64,000 bases of DNA, taken from the NCBI GenBank assembly GCA_963823335.1, contig CAWGLD010000001.1:1248001-1312000 (forward strand). Reading direction: 5' to 3'. The notes under the pieces are model-generated. The model had not been told where the DNA came from, ran no database searches, and saw nothing but the letters and a program-made list of their open reading frames with translations. The stretch's first letter is position 1, and every line of letters starts with the position of its first letter. This document shows positions 1 to 10,237 of this stretch, one piece after another. The stretch comes from an uncultured delta proteobacterium. Lineage in GTDB: Bacteria; Desulfobacterota; Desulfobacteria; Desulfobacterales; B30-G6. Position numbers and translations under genes: made by a program.

Positions 1-183
1 AAATTGAAGGCTTATATTGAAATTTTATCCTGGGAGTCTTTTGAATTTCGGATCAATTGCAGAACGGGTGATAACATAAAATTGCAGCTTTCCTAAAATA
101 GGGTTCGCTGCCTGCTCAATGATGGTATCACAGGTTCGCCTAAACCGTTGATGAGTTGGAGGCTTGAAAACCCCTATCGATAG

Positions 184-294
184 AGTTGTGGAGACTCCGC
201 GAGCTACACCCTACGGGCTCGCTCGCCTCCACAACATCTACCTATAGGAAAGGTACCAGCTGTCAGCGATGTGAGGTGCAAGTGTTGGTTTACA
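184..294. mobile_element. Possible terminal remnant of an insertion sequence
   Basis: Imperfect long hairpin GTTGTGGAG...CTCCACAAC (~185-234) followed by a TGTCAGCGATGT...TTTACA segment resembling IS ends; no transposase in the window. Confidence 0.3.
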
Positions 295-328
295 TGGCAT
301 TGATAACTGATTCTTTGTACGCGCGGCT

Positions 329-1252
329 TCACCCGCCTATGTGAATCGGACCATGCTCTATGTCAGGATCCATTCTCAGCACCATCCGACCGCCAGAAAA
401 CACTCGCACGTTGCCGTCAGTAGCTGAGACGACGACACCTGTAGCAGCGGTGCGGGCTGTGACAGCAGCGGCCGCGACATGTCGAGCTCCCAAACCGACG
501 GGCAACTCCACGTCCACCTTGAAGGCTGCCAGGAACACCCCAGCTGTTTGAATGAAGCCATCGCCGCGGACGACGAAGGCACCATCGAGCTTGGATAGCT
601 CGACTATAGCGTCTTGTATGTCCGGATTCATGATTGTCCGGTTGGCCTTGTCGTGTCCCTTGAATGGATTGGGGATGAGTTGATTGGAGCCTTCAAGCAC
701 CTTCAGGGAATCGCCAAGCATAAACATGGCGCCGATCCGCTTCCCACGTCTGGCCGCACGGCCAACCTTGCAGGCAATGGCGACAGCGTAGTCGAGGGCC
801 TTGGGCCGAATTCCATCCGTGAGCTTCACGAGATCAGTAATGACCAGTTCTTCGAGGTCCGGTTCCACCTCGGTTACAACAACCAAGCTTGCCTCACCGG
901 GGTAGACGTCTTGGCCCACTGCACAGACGACAAGTTCCCCGGCCGAAACGCTGTTCGATTTGAGCGCTACAGAGAGGACATGGCGGATCTGTCTGTGTTT
1001 ATCGATCGCGTGAAGTGGCAGACGTAGTGTCAACAGACCGGCTTTTGTTAGGACATCGTATGTCTCGGGGGTCGCTGTGGCTGCAATGATACGGCATTGA
1101 CCTGGGGAGCCCAGAAGTTGTTGCGCAAAAGCTCCACGTTCGGTTACACAGATGATGGTATGAGCTTTGGCCGCTTCGGCTATGCGGACGACCATTCGAG
1201 CCCGGTCTACGTCAGAACCAATGGTTTCCCCTGGATAATCAGATTTGGTCAA
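329..1252 (-). CDS. Diadenylate cyclase, DacZ-type (PK_C-like N-terminal domain + DisA_N/DAC domain)
   Basis: KLDGAFVV (DGA) and GLGARHVAAA (RH) DAC motifs; TTG start preceded by GAGGGA. Confidence 0.85.
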   Translation of the reverse strand: MTKSDYPGETIGSDVDRARMVVRIAEAAKAHTIICVTERGAFAQQLLGSPGQCRIIAATATPETYDVLTKAGLLTLRLPLHAIDKHRQIRHVLSVALKSNSVSAGELVVCAVGQDVYPGEASLVVVTEVEPDLEELVITDLVKLTDGIRPKALDYAVAIACKVGRAARRGKRIGAMFMLGDSLKVLEGSNQLIPNPFKGHDKANRTIMNPDIQDAIVELSKLDGAFVVRGDGFIQTAGVFLAAFKVDVELPVGLGARHVAAAAVTARTAATGVVVSATDGNVRVFSGGRMVLRMDPDIEHGPIHIGG

Positions 1253-1897
1253 ATTTCCCTCATCAGCGACGTGCTACGTAGCAGATCATTCACCTAATAA
1301 TCAATTATACGAATCTGGATATCTTATCAAGTTAAAACAGGAAACGTGTTTCAATAAAGATAAATGAATATTATGTATTGGGAATGGAAATAAAAAAGGT
1401 TAAGGACAAGGCAGATATTAGATCAGCACAGGTAACTATGGTGAGAATCGCATTCAGGTCAGATGTGATTTAAGTGCGCTGATGGATAGATAGATTATTT
1501 TATTGAGTGGGTCAAGTTTTGCCATCTCCACAAGTGCAGATAGATGGAGAACATCGTGCCTTTTCGCGCACGAAAATAACTGTTTCCGATGTATGTTATC
1601 ACCACCGGCTACCACGAACACTCTGTTACTGAGACCGGTGCCGATAAAGATTACAGCAAATCTGGAGAATCTCTCCCGGTTTGGACTTTATGATTGGATA
1701 CGTCAACGATCCAGAAGAACTGACAACGTGACCAAATCTATACAGGACAAGCGCTCCCTGCGGCAGAAGACTCCTTCAGTTGTGAAATGCCATTCTTTTC
1801 AGATTGGGGTTTTCATAGAGGAATCAGAAGAGACCCTATAGATAGAGGAAGAGGAGAAATAACCTTTGAAGTGTCATCACGTCGTTAATTAGATATG

Positions 1898-2692
1898 CTA
1901 ACGCAGCAATGCGTTTGTGACGCCAAAAAGGCGCCGGGCATTGTTGCATGTTACATCGGCCAGATTCTCAGGATCCATATCACGGATTTCGGCCAGTTTG
2001 AGCAGTACGGATTTAACAAAAGCAGGTTCGTTTCTGCGGGATTGGTTTTTCTGAGGAGCCGGTGTCAGATACGGCGCATCGGTTTCGATAAGCAGTCTTT
2101 CCAAAGGGACATATCCCACCAGATTTCGCAAGTCAATTCCCCGTTTTTGGAGGGTCAGAATACCGGTGATGCCGATGTAATACCCCAGGTCGAGATAGTC
2201 ACCCAGTTCGGAGCGGTTGCCGCTGAAGCAGTGAACCACGCCGCGGCGATTCTCATTGGGATGTTTCTTCAGTATTTCCAGTAGTCGTCCATGGCTGTCC
2301 CGTTCATGCAGGATGAGGGGCAGCCGTTCTTCATCTGCTGCCTGAATTTGTCGAACAAACCACTTCTCCTGATCTTCTTTGGGGGAATACATGCGGTTGA
2401 AATCGAGACCGGTTTCCCCCCAGGCACAGGCCCTGGGATTTCCTGCCAGGTCTGCCAGCCTTTTCATGACCCGGTCTGAACAGGATGACGCCCGATGCGG
2501 GTGAACACCGACGGATGCATATACACCATCGAATTTTTCGGCGATTTCAATGGCACGGACAGAGGTTTTCAGGTCAACACCCACGGTCATCATTTTTTCG
2601 ATGCCGTTCTGTTTTGCGCGCTGTATCACGGCTTCCAGGTCGCCTTGATAGGAGCGGTCGTCCAGATGGCAATGGCTGTCAAAAAGTTTCAT
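1898..2692 (-). CDS. tatD: TatD family hydrolase/deoxyribonuclease
   Basis: DSHCHL, GVHPH, GETGLD, HCFSG and ETDAPYL motifs. Confidence 0.95.
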   Translation of the reverse strand: MKLFDSHCHLDDRSYQGDLEAVIQRAKQNGIEKMMTVGVDLKTSVRAIEIAEKFDGVYASVGVHPHRASSCSDRVMKRLADLAGNPRACAWGETGLDFNRMYSPKEDQEKWFVRQIQAADEERLPLILHERDSHGRLLEILKKHPNENRRGVVHCFSGNRSELGDYLDLGYYIGITGILTLQKRGIDLRNLVGYVPLERLLIETDAPYLTPAPQKNQSRRNEPAFVKSVLLKLAEIRDMDPENLADVTCNNARRLFGVTNALLR

Positions 2693-2903
2693 GCGCTGGT
2701 TCCGATCATAGAATCGTTTTTCGATACTTGTTGTTAATATTGAAAACAGCGCCTGCGATCAAGCAATAAATACTTCAGGCACTTTTATAGCGCCAATCAT
2801 AAAATGTTGAACCGATTTTATCGGTTGCTTTCGTTATGAGTATATGATTAGCTTAAAGGTCGTAATAAACTTGCATTATTAGGAAATAATCCTGGAGGTT
2901 ACT

Positions 2904-3737
2904 ATGTTTAAAATTGTCAAACGAGAGGAGATGGCCGAAGGTACGGTCATACTCAATGAAATAGAAGCACCCGCCATTGCCAAAAAGGCCAAGCCCGGCC
3001 AATTCGTTATTCTGAAAGCCAATGAAACCGGTGAACGCATACCGCTCACCATGGCGGAAGCCGACCCTGAAGCAGGCACGATTACCGTTATCTATATGGT
3101 GGTGGGAAAATCCACGGCTCTTTTCAGGGATCTAAAGGTCGGTGATGGGTATCAAGATGTCATCGGGCCCCTGGGTAAAGCGACCCATCTCGAAAAACTG
3201 GGCAAGGTCATCTGCGTCGGAGGGGGAACAGGTGTTGCCGTTCTGCATCCAATTACTAGAGCGCTCAAGGAGATCGGCAACCAGGTGACCTGTATCATCG
3301 GGGCCAGGACCAAAGATCTGCTGATTATGGAAGCGCAGATGAAATCGGCATCACATGACCTGCGTGTTTGCACGGATGATGGCTCATATGGGCACCACGG
3401 ATTCGTGACCGAGGTCATGAAAGAGATTCTGGATGAAGGGGATGTCAAGCTTGTGGTAGCCATCGGTCCGGTGCCCATGATGAAAGCCACCTCCAACATC
3501 ACCAAAGCTTACAATGTCAAGACTATGGTCAGTCTGAATCCGATCATGATTGACGGGACGGGCATGTGTGGTGGCTGCCGTGTAACCGTTGGTGGCAAGA
3601 CGCGTTTCGCCTGCGTGGACGGGCCTGAATTCGATGGCCATGAAGTCAACTTCGACGAGCTGATGCTTCGTCTGCAGGCTTACAACGAAGACGAGAAAAA
3701 GAGCCATGAGCACTATTGTACGGTGAGAGGAACCTGA
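2904..3737 (+). CDS. nfnA: NADH-dependent reduced ferredoxin:NADP+ oxidoreductase small subunit
   Basis: GERIPLT, GGGTGVA, IMIDGTGMCGGCRV...FACVDGPEF [2Fe-2S] motif; paired with a GltD-like gene. Confidence 0.9.
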   Translation: MFKIVKREEMAEGTVILNEIEAPAIAKKAKPGQFVILKANETGERIPLTMAEADPEAGTITVIYMVVGKSTALFRDLKVGDGYQDVIGPLGKATHLEKLGKVICVGGGTGVAVLHPITRALKEIGNQVTCIIGARTKDLLIMEAQMKSASHDLRVCTDDGSYGHHGFVTEVMKEILDEGDVKLVVAIGPVPMMKATSNITKAYNVKTMVSLNPIMIDGTGMCGGCRVTVGGKTRFACVDGPEFDGHEVNFDELMLRLQAYNEDEKKSHEHYCTVRGT

Positions 3738-3849
3738 TGCCCGTGAACAGTGAAGAACAGCGCGGCCGGCCACGGGGAATGCGTTTGATGGTGCGCTGTT
3801 AAGCTTTTGCAGATTTAAATTTGATTGGTTTTTTAGGACGGGGGAGATT

Positions 3850-5271
3850 ATGGGAGTGACGGAAGAAAAAGCGGTTAAAAAAGAAAAAGTACCCAGGCAA
3901 CCGATGCCCGAACAGGAACCGGCCATCAGGGCCAGAAATTTCGAGGAAGTACCCCTGGGTCAGGACCCTGACGTGGCCATTTTAGAAGCGTCCCGGTGTC
4001 TGCAATGCAAGAAGCCGGCCTGTGTAGATGGTTGCCCGGTGGAAGTCGATATTCCCGGGTTTATAAGCTTGGTCAAGGAAGGGGATTTCACGGGTGCCAT
4101 CAAAAAGATCTGGGAAAAGAACGCGCTCCCCGCGGTTTGCGGGCGGGTATGCCCCCAGGAAATACAGTGTGAAGGAAAATGCATTGTGGGGAAAAAGGGT
4201 GAGCCCGTGGCCATTGGGAACCTGGAGCGGTTCGTGGCTGATTATGAACGAAAACATAAAAAAGCAGAACTGCCATTAAAGGCTGCGCCTACAGGCAAAA
4301 AGGTTGCTGTGGTGGGATCCGGCCCATCCGGTTTGACGGTGGCTGGTGATTTGATTCTCAAAGGCCATGATGTCACGATTTTTGAGGCATTTCACAAGCC
4401 TGGTGGCGTTCTGGTTTACGGTATCCCGGAGTTCAGGTTGCCCAAGGAAATCGTTTTCTCAGAAGTGGCGGGACTCGAGGAACTCGGGGCCAAATTGGAT
4501 TGCAATGCGGTCGTGGGAAGATCTGTAACCGTGGAAGAATTGTTTGAACAGGGTTATGATGCTGTCTTTCTGGGAGTCGGGGCAGGATTGCCCAGATTCT
4601 TAAATGTACCGGGCGAGAACCTGATTGGCATCTTCTCGGCCAATGAATACCTGACCCGCTCCAACCTCATGAAGGCCTACCTTTTCCCTAAATATGATAC
4701 ACCGGTTATCCAGGGGAAAACGGTTGTTACCCTGGGTGCCGGAAATGTTGCCATGGACTCGGCCCGTACAGCATTGAGGCTGGGTGCGGAAAGATCGCTC
4801 ATTGTCTACAGGCGTTCGCGCGAGGAAGTTCCGGCCAGGACGGCGGAGGTTCACCATGCGGAACAAGAGGGGGTCGAATTTCATTTTCTCACAGCGCCAA
4901 CCCGTTTTATGGGTAACGAAAAAGGGCGTGTCGTGGGTATGGAAGGATTGAAAATGGAACTCGGTGAACCCGACGCATCGGGCCGGCGCCGGCCGATTCC
5001 CATAGAAGGTTCGGAGTTTGAAATGGAATGCGACCTGGTCATCATTGCCGTGGGTGCCAACGCCAACCCGTTGTTGACCCGTTCCACAGAAGGACTGAAA
5101 CTCAACCAGTGGGGATACATCGTGGCGGATGAAACCACCGGCAAGACCAGCAAAAAAGGAGTCTGGGCCGGCGGCGATATCGTGACGGGTTCGGCTACCG
5201 TTATCCTGGCCATGGGTGCCGGCAGGGCCGCAGCCAATTCTATTCATGATTATCTCACCTGGGGCTGGTAA
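3850..5271 (+). CDS. nfnB: NfnB large subunit (GltD-like, electron-bifurcating)
   Basis: RCLQCKKPACVDGCP, CGRVCPQEIQCE, GSGPSG, GAGNVAMD; no gltB adjacent. Confidence 0.9.
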   Translation: MGVTEEKAVKKEKVPRQPMPEQEPAIRARNFEEVPLGQDPDVAILEASRCLQCKKPACVDGCPVEVDIPGFISLVKEGDFTGAIKKIWEKNALPAVCGRVCPQEIQCEGKCIVGKKGEPVAIGNLERFVADYERKHKKAELPLKAAPTGKKVAVVGSGPSGLTVAGDLILKGHDVTIFEAFHKPGGVLVYGIPEFRLPKEIVFSEVAGLEELGAKLDCNAVVGRSVTVEELFEQGYDAVFLGVGAGLPRFLNVPGENLIGIFSANEYLTRSNLMKAYLFPKYDTPVIQGKTVVTLGAGNVAMDSARTALRLGAERSLIVYRRSREEVPARTAEVHHAEQEGVEFHFLTAPTRFMGNEKGRVVGMEGLKMELGEPDASGRRRPIPIEGSEFEMECDLVIIAVGANANPLLTRSTEGLKLNQWGYIVADETTGKTSKKGVWAGGDIVTGSATVILAMGAGRAAANSIHDYLTWGW

Positions 5272-5291
5272 CCCTATTTGAGGAAAAAGGC

Positions 5292-5320
5292 TTGACAGGT
5301 AAAATTGAAAGACGTTTAAT
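5292..5320 (+). promoter_or_regulatory. Sigma70-type promoter of the thi operon
   Basis: TTGACA-N17-TTTAAT upstream of the riboswitch. Confidence 0.6.
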
Positions 5321-5346
5321 AAAAACATAATACGTTATTAAAGAAG

Positions 5347-5446
5347 GCTAGTCGGGAGCTCGAGAAATCGGGCTGAGAGGGATCCTGGAAGATAAATGGA
5401 TCCGACCGTTGAACCTGATCCGGATAATGCCGGTGGAGGAATTAAG
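5347..5446 (+). ncRNA. TPP riboswitch aptamer
   Basis: GGGAG...GGCTGAGA...ACCGTTGAACCTGATCCGGATAATGCCGG...AGGGAA consensus; upstream of a thiamine transporter. Confidence 0.92.
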
Positions 5447-5457
5447 GCCATGCACAC

Positions 5458-5484
5458 AACGCCCTCTGCTGAGGGCGTTTTTTA
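5458..5484 (+). terminator. Riboswitch expression-platform terminator
   Basis: AACGCCCTC-TGCT-GAGGGCGTT followed by a T tract. Confidence 0.8.
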
Positions 5485-5545
5485 TTCCTTCCCTATTTTT
5501 CCAATCGGGTTCCTGACGGCGTAAAAACCCCGGCGGGAGGTAAAC

Positions 5546-6589
5546 ATGTGGAATTCCAGGACCCTGATGGTATGCATACTGCTTCTTTTGTCCGCGGGTG
5601 TCGCGGATGCAAAGGAGAAAACACCCTTCGTAACATTGATGACCCATGACAGTTTTGCGGTCAGCCAGGCGCTTCTTGACGATTTTGAAAAAAAGTATGG
5701 TGCTGAAATCAAAATTATCAAAAGCGGGGATGCCGGTGCGGCTCTGAATCAGGCCATACTCTCGAGAAAAAATCCCCTGGCGGACGTGTTTTACGGTGTA
5801 GACAACACCTTTATGAGTCGTGCCTTATCCTCGGATATTTTTGAACCCTACGAATCCCCATTTCTCAGGGATATCCCGTATTCGCTGAAACTGGACCCAT
5901 CCAACAGACTGCTTCCTGTGGATTACGGGGATGTCTGTCTGAATTATGACAAGTCATGGTTCGCAAGAAAACGACTGGCACCGCCAAGCGGGTTGGACGA
6001 TTTGATTTTGCCGGCCTATAAAGGGTTGTCTGTTGTTCAGAATCCTGCCACCTCATCACCGGGGCTGGCCTTTTTAATCACCACCGTGGGGAAATATGGT
6101 GCGTCGGGCTACATGGGTTTCTGGAAGAAATTGCGTGCCAATGATGTTTATGTCACGGCAGGGTGGTCAGAGGCCTACTATGGGAAGTTTGTGCGTGCCA
6201 AAGGAGGCACACGGCCCATCGTGGTCAGTTATGCCAGCAGCCCTGCAGCCGAAGTCTATTACAGTGAAAGCAAACTGGCCGATACACCCACGGCGGGTGT
6301 TTTGGGTGCCGGGTCCGCCTTTCGGCAGATTGAATTTGTCGGAATTTTAAAAAATACGGCCAAGAAAGAGCTGGCCCAGAAATTGATCGATTTCATGTTG
6401 AGTCCTGAATTTCAAAAGGACATTCCCCTGCATATGTGGGTTTTTCCCGCAAATCCGGAAACACCCCTCCCGGATGTATTTCTCAAATATGCCCAAAAGG
6501 CCGAGTATCCTATCACGCTCTTGCCTGAAACAATCGAGAATGGCCGGGAAAAATGGATCGAGGCCTGGACAGATGTGGTTTTGAGATGA
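5546..6589 (+). CDS. thiB: Thiamine ABC transporter substrate-binding protein
   Basis: Signal peptide; THDSF, DVFYGVDNTF, NPATSSPGLAF, VVSYASSP, FRQIEF. Confidence 0.92.
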   Translation: MWNSRTLMVCILLLLSAGVADAKEKTPFVTLMTHDSFAVSQALLDDFEKKYGAEIKIIKSGDAGAALNQAILSRKNPLADVFYGVDNTFMSRALSSDIFEPYESPFLRDIPYSLKLDPSNRLLPVDYGDVCLNYDKSWFARKRLAPPSGLDDLILPAYKGLSVVQNPATSSPGLAFLITTVGKYGASGYMGFWKKLRANDVYVTAGWSEAYYGKFVRAKGGTRPIVVSYASSPAAEVYYSESKLADTPTAGVLGAGSAFRQIEFVGILKNTAKKELAQKLIDFMLSPEFQKDIPLHMWVFPANPETPLPDVFLKYAQKAEYPITLLPETIENGREKWIEAWTDVVLR

Positions 6590-8247
6590 AATCCCGTTTC
6601 CAGACATGGCTGTTGTTGCCGCCACTTCTTTTTCTGGGTGTTTTTTATTTTTATCCCCTCGCCAGCATTTTTTTCTTGAGCTTTATGCCCGAGGGGGCAT
6701 TCGATGCCACCAGGCTGTACAAACTTGTCAGCACCAGCTATTATGCCGGTGTTCTCTGGTTTACCATCTGGCAGGCGTCCATATCGACCCTTTTGACGGT
6801 CATCGTTGCCCTGCCGGGGGCCTATGTCTTTGCACGTTACGATTTTAAAGGAAAAACCCTGCTTCAAAATCTGACAACCATTCCCTTTGTACTTCCGACG
6901 GTTGTCACTGCTGCTGCTTTCCATGCGCTGCTGGGACCCAGGGGACTGGTCAACATGATCCTCATGCGTCTTTTCCATCTGGAAACCCCTGTACTCCATA
7001 TGGATCAGACCGTCTGGTTTTTTCTGTTGGCGCATGTTTTTTATAACTACACCGTGATTTTGCGGATTGTGGGCGGGTTCTGGTCTCGGTTGCCAAAAAA
7101 TCTTACGGAATCAGCGCGAATGCTCGGTGCTTCCGACACAAAGGTTTTTTTTACCATTATCCTGCCGCTACTCAAACCGGCTATTCTGGCGGCGTCTCTG
7201 CTGGTGTTTGTCTTCTGCTTTACCAGTTTCGGTGTCGTTCTGATTCTGGGGGGACCCCGTTTTGCGACGGTTGAGGTGGAGATATACCGCCAGGCGCTTC
7301 ATCTTTTCAATCTACCCATGGCATCGGCACTGGCATTGATTCAAATAGCATTTACTTTTGGTATGATAGCCGTATATACCCGGCTCGAACGGAAGGTGGC
7401 TGTTTCCCTGACCCTGCCGGGCTCCCAAAGCCTCAACCAAAAGATACAGACACCCAAAGAACGTTTCTTTGTGGTGGCCAATCTTTTTGGGATGGCTGTG
7501 CTGCTGGGCGCGCCTCTAATGGCGCTGCTTGTCAAATCGGTACTCACTGAAGAGGGTCCGAGCCTTGTCTACTATGCCAGCCTGCTGGAAAACAAAACAG
7601 ACTCCATATTGTATGTCGCGCCGATAGCGGCCATTGCCAACTCTCTGGGATATGCCCTTGGCGCCACACTTATTGCACTGATACTGGGTTGGTTTTCGGC
7701 GGCGTTTCTGGTGGGTTCCAAAAGAAAATGGGCGCTGGTATTCGATCCGCTATTTATGCTGCCCTTGTCGACATCTGCCATTACCCTCGGTTTTGGTTTT
7801 GTTATCGCCCTGGACGAGCCACCCTTAAACCTACGAACATCCATATTGCTGCCTGCCATTGCCCATGCCATGGTGGCATTTCCTTTTGTGATTCGGAGCC
7901 TTCTTCCGGCCTGGCGGAGCATTCCCCAGAACTTGAGGGATGCCGCAGCCCTTTTGGGTGCTTCCCCGCTTCGGGTCTGGGCTAGCATTGACTGGCCGAT
8001 TCTGAGGCGAGCCCTCCTGGTGGGAGCTGTTTTTGCTTTTGCCATCAGTATGGGTGAATTTGGTGCCACAGTATTTGTCGTGCGCCCCCAGACACCCACC
8101 CTGCCATTGGCTATTTTCCGGTATTTGAGTCATCCCGGATCGTTGAACTATGGCCAGGCCATGGCCATGAGTTGTCTGCTGATGATCACCACCGCCGTGG
8201 CTTTCCTGTTTCTTGAAAGTATTAGACCGCGCCCGGAGGGGGGCTAA
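6586..8247 (+). CDS. thiP: Thiamine ABC transporter permease
   Basis: Duplicated permease halves with EAA-type loops; ATGA overlap with thiB supports the start at 6586. Confidence 0.9.
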   Translation: MKSRFQTWLLLPPLLFLGVFYFYPLASIFFLSFMPEGAFDATRLYKLVSTSYYAGVLWFTIWQASISTLLTVIVALPGAYVFARYDFKGKTLLQNLTTIPFVLPTVVTAAAFHALLGPRGLVNMILMRLFHLETPVLHMDQTVWFFLLAHVFYNYTVILRIVGGFWSRLPKNLTESARMLGASDTKVFFTIILPLLKPAILAASLLVFVFCFTSFGVVLILGGPRFATVEVEIYRQALHLFNLPMASALALIQIAFTFGMIAVYTRLERKVAVSLTLPGSQSLNQKIQTPKERFFVVANLFGMAVLLGAPLMALLVKSVLTEEGPSLVYYASLLENKTDSILYVAPIAAIANSLGYALGATLIALILGWFSAAFLVGSKRKWALVFDPLFMLPLSTSAITLGFGFVIALDEPPLNLRTSILLPAIAHAMVAFPFVIRSLLPAWRSIPQNLRDAAALLGASPLRVWASIDWPILRRALLVGAVFAFAISMGEFGATVFVVRPQTPTLPLAIFRYLSHPGSLNYGQAMAMSCLLMITTAVAFLFLESIRPRPEGG

Positions 8248-8248
8248 A

Positions 8249-9313
8249 ATGGTACAGCTGGAACTGCTAAACCTGAGCAGATCGTATGGTTCGTTTGCAA
8301 TGACCAATGTTTGCCTGGCATTGAAGCGCGGACAGATTTTGTGCCTCCTGGGTCCTTCCGGTTGTGGAAAAACCACCTTGCTGCGGCTTGTGGCAGGGCT
8401 GGAAAAACCCGATTCCGGCACGGTTGTGCTGGAATCCCGGGACATAACCGGTACACCTCCCCATAAGCGGAAATTTGGCATGATGTTTCAGGATCTTGCT
8501 CTATTCCCCCATAAATCCGTTTTCGAAAATGTCGCTTACGGTCTGCGCATGTTGCGGCAGCGCCCGGCACAGATCCTGGAAAGGACGGAAGAAATGCTGT
8601 TGCTGGTGGGTCTTTCCAATATGGCTCAGCGGGATGTGGGGGATCTTTCGGGTGGCGAACAGCAGCGTGTGGCACTGGCCCGTAGTCTGGCTCCCGGGCC
8701 AAAACTGCTGATGCTGGACGAACCCTTGGGTGCCTTGGACCGTTCGCTCCGTGAACATCTGTTACAGGAAATCCGTTCGATTCTAAAGAAACTTGACGTT
8801 ACAGCCATTTTTGTTACACATGATCAGGCAGAAGCCTTGACCATGGGAGATGTTGTGGGGGTTATGGAGCAGGGTCGGCTCGTACAGGTGGATTCCCCCC
8901 AGGACTTATACATGAAACCGAGACATCCGTTTGTGGCCCGTTTCCTGGGATTTCAAAACCTGTTTTCAGGCGTTGCCCTGCCTGGTGGCGGTGTTGACAC
9001 CGTTATCGGAAAACTGGATATTTCCGATGATGATCTTAAAGCCCATGAAAGGGTTACGGTGGTGATCCGGCCCGAAATTGGCAGACAGCATGTGGGCGGG
9101 CCGGAATTGCCCCGGTATCACAAAATCGTCGGCACGGTTCAACAGCGGATTTTCTCAGGCCAGCTGTATCGTGTCAAGATGGTGGTTGACGAAGAAACGA
9201 CGTTGACGTTCGACCTGCCGAACACGGAACCACCTCCGGGTATTGGTGATGAAATTGCATTGTGGATCGATGTTGAAGAAATCATTCTGATCAGGGAAGG
9301 GCAAACACCGTGA
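8249..9313 (+). CDS. thiQ: Thiamine ABC transporter ATP-binding protein
   Basis: GPSGCGKT, LSGGEQQ, LDEP; TOBE-like tail; operon context. Confidence 0.88.
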   Translation: MVQLELLNLSRSYGSFAMTNVCLALKRGQILCLLGPSGCGKTTLLRLVAGLEKPDSGTVVLESRDITGTPPHKRKFGMMFQDLALFPHKSVFENVAYGLRMLRQRPAQILERTEEMLLLVGLSNMAQRDVGDLSGGEQQRVALARSLAPGPKLLMLDEPLGALDRSLREHLLQEIRSILKKLDVTAIFVTHDQAEALTMGDVVGVMEQGRLVQVDSPQDLYMKPRHPFVARFLGFQNLFSGVALPGGGVDTVIGKLDISDDDLKAHERVTVVIRPEIGRQHVGGPELPRYHKIVGTVQQRIFSGQLYRVKMVVDEETTLTFDLPNTEPPPGIGDEIALWIDVEEIILIREGQTP

Positions 9314-9996
9314 GAGCTGTGATTTTTGCAAACGGTATCATGAACCAATGGCCACTGGGCTTTGAACTGTCCCTGGAGCAGGACCTGGTTATCGCTGCGG
9401 ATGGCGGTTTCAACCATTGTCGGCAATGGAATGTGATGCCGCATATTATTGTGGGTGATATGGATTCCATCGATCCATCCGACATACCGACCCATGGTCG
9501 TGGGGAAATCGAGATTCAGCGGTTTCCTGCCAGGAAGGATGAAACAGATCTGCACCTGGCACTCCAGACGGCGATCGATCGAAATGCCGGTGACATCGTG
9601 ATTCTGGGGGCACTGGGGGCACGTTGGGATATGACATTTTCAAATGTTCTTCTTCTGCTGGCGCCATTTTTGCGCTGTGTGCATGTGAGAATTCTGGAAA
9701 GCCAATATGAATTTCTATGCCTTCACGGCCATCAGAAAATCGACCTGGTAGAAAAACCCGGTCATACCGTATCAATTCTTCCACTGGCCGGGCCTGTGAC
9801 AGGCATCAGGCTCCGCGGGTTTGAATTCTCCCTTGATAACGAAACACTTTCTTTGGGGACCACCCGGGGTATCAGCAATATTTTTAAGGATGAAAAAGCT
9901 GAGATTGAAATCGAAGCAGGGCATCTGCTGGTGGTGATTGATCGAACCCAGGTCAACAAAAACGTCATGACAGGGCCTATTGGATCCGGAATCTGA
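9310..9996 (+). CDS. thiN: Thiamine pyrophosphokinase
   Basis: AADGG, GDMDSI, KDETDL, GALGARWD, GISN motifs. Confidence 0.92.
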   Translation: MRAVIFANGIMNQWPLGFELSLEQDLVIAADGGFNHCRQWNVMPHIIVGDMDSIDPSDIPTHGRGEIEIQRFPARKDETDLHLALQTAIDRNAGDIVILGALGARWDMTFSNVLLLLAPFLRCVHVRILESQYEFLCLHGHQKIDLVEKPGHTVSILPLAGPVTGIRLRGFEFSLDNETLSLGTTRGISNIFKDEKAEIEIEAGHLLVVIDRTQVNKNVMTGPIGSGI

Positions 9997-9997
9997 T

Positions 9998-10171
9998 ATG
10001 AATCGTTTACAATCTGAAAAACTACACCACACAGACCCTTACATCGTGTGTACCCGTTATAAGGGGAACCCCAAAAAGCATATTGCCGTCTGTCACAAGT
10101 GTCAGTGGCGTAAGACCTGCCAGGCGTTTAAACGCTATTGGCAGCCTGAACTTCCCTTCCGGTCCGGATAA
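9998..10171 (+). CDS. Small Cys-rich hypothetical protein (57 aa)
   Basis: ATG 1 nt after the thiN stop; C-x13-CxxC-x5-C pattern; followed by a terminator. Confidence 0.55.
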   Translation: MNRLQSEKLHHTDPYIVCTRYKGNPKKHIAVCHKCQWRKTCQAFKRYWQPELPFRSG

Positions 10172-10203
10172 AAAAAGGCAGACCCTGCATGGGACCTGCC
10201 TTT
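10171..10203. terminator. Bidirectional intrinsic terminator
   Basis: AAAGGCAG...CTGCCTTT stem with an A run, between convergent genes. Confidence 0.65.
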
Positions 10204-10237
10204 GGATTGGATCAATCGATTTCGTCAGCCGGCGGTG

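Noticed and set aside
1-96. Open frame from the window edge (KLKAYIEILSW...QLS*)
   Set aside because: Could be a gene 3' end but is too short to support
1503-1841. 112-aa ORF in the dacZ-tatD spacer
   Set aside because: No RBS or motif in the frames I translated; may be decayed DNA, left uncalled
3735-3746. TGA TGC after nfnA as a possible Sec codon
   Set aside because: A second TGA follows two codons later and NfnA is already full length
3850-5271. Annotation as glutamate synthase
   Set aside because: No large subunit; pairing with the FAD/[2Fe-2S] gene indicates NfnAB
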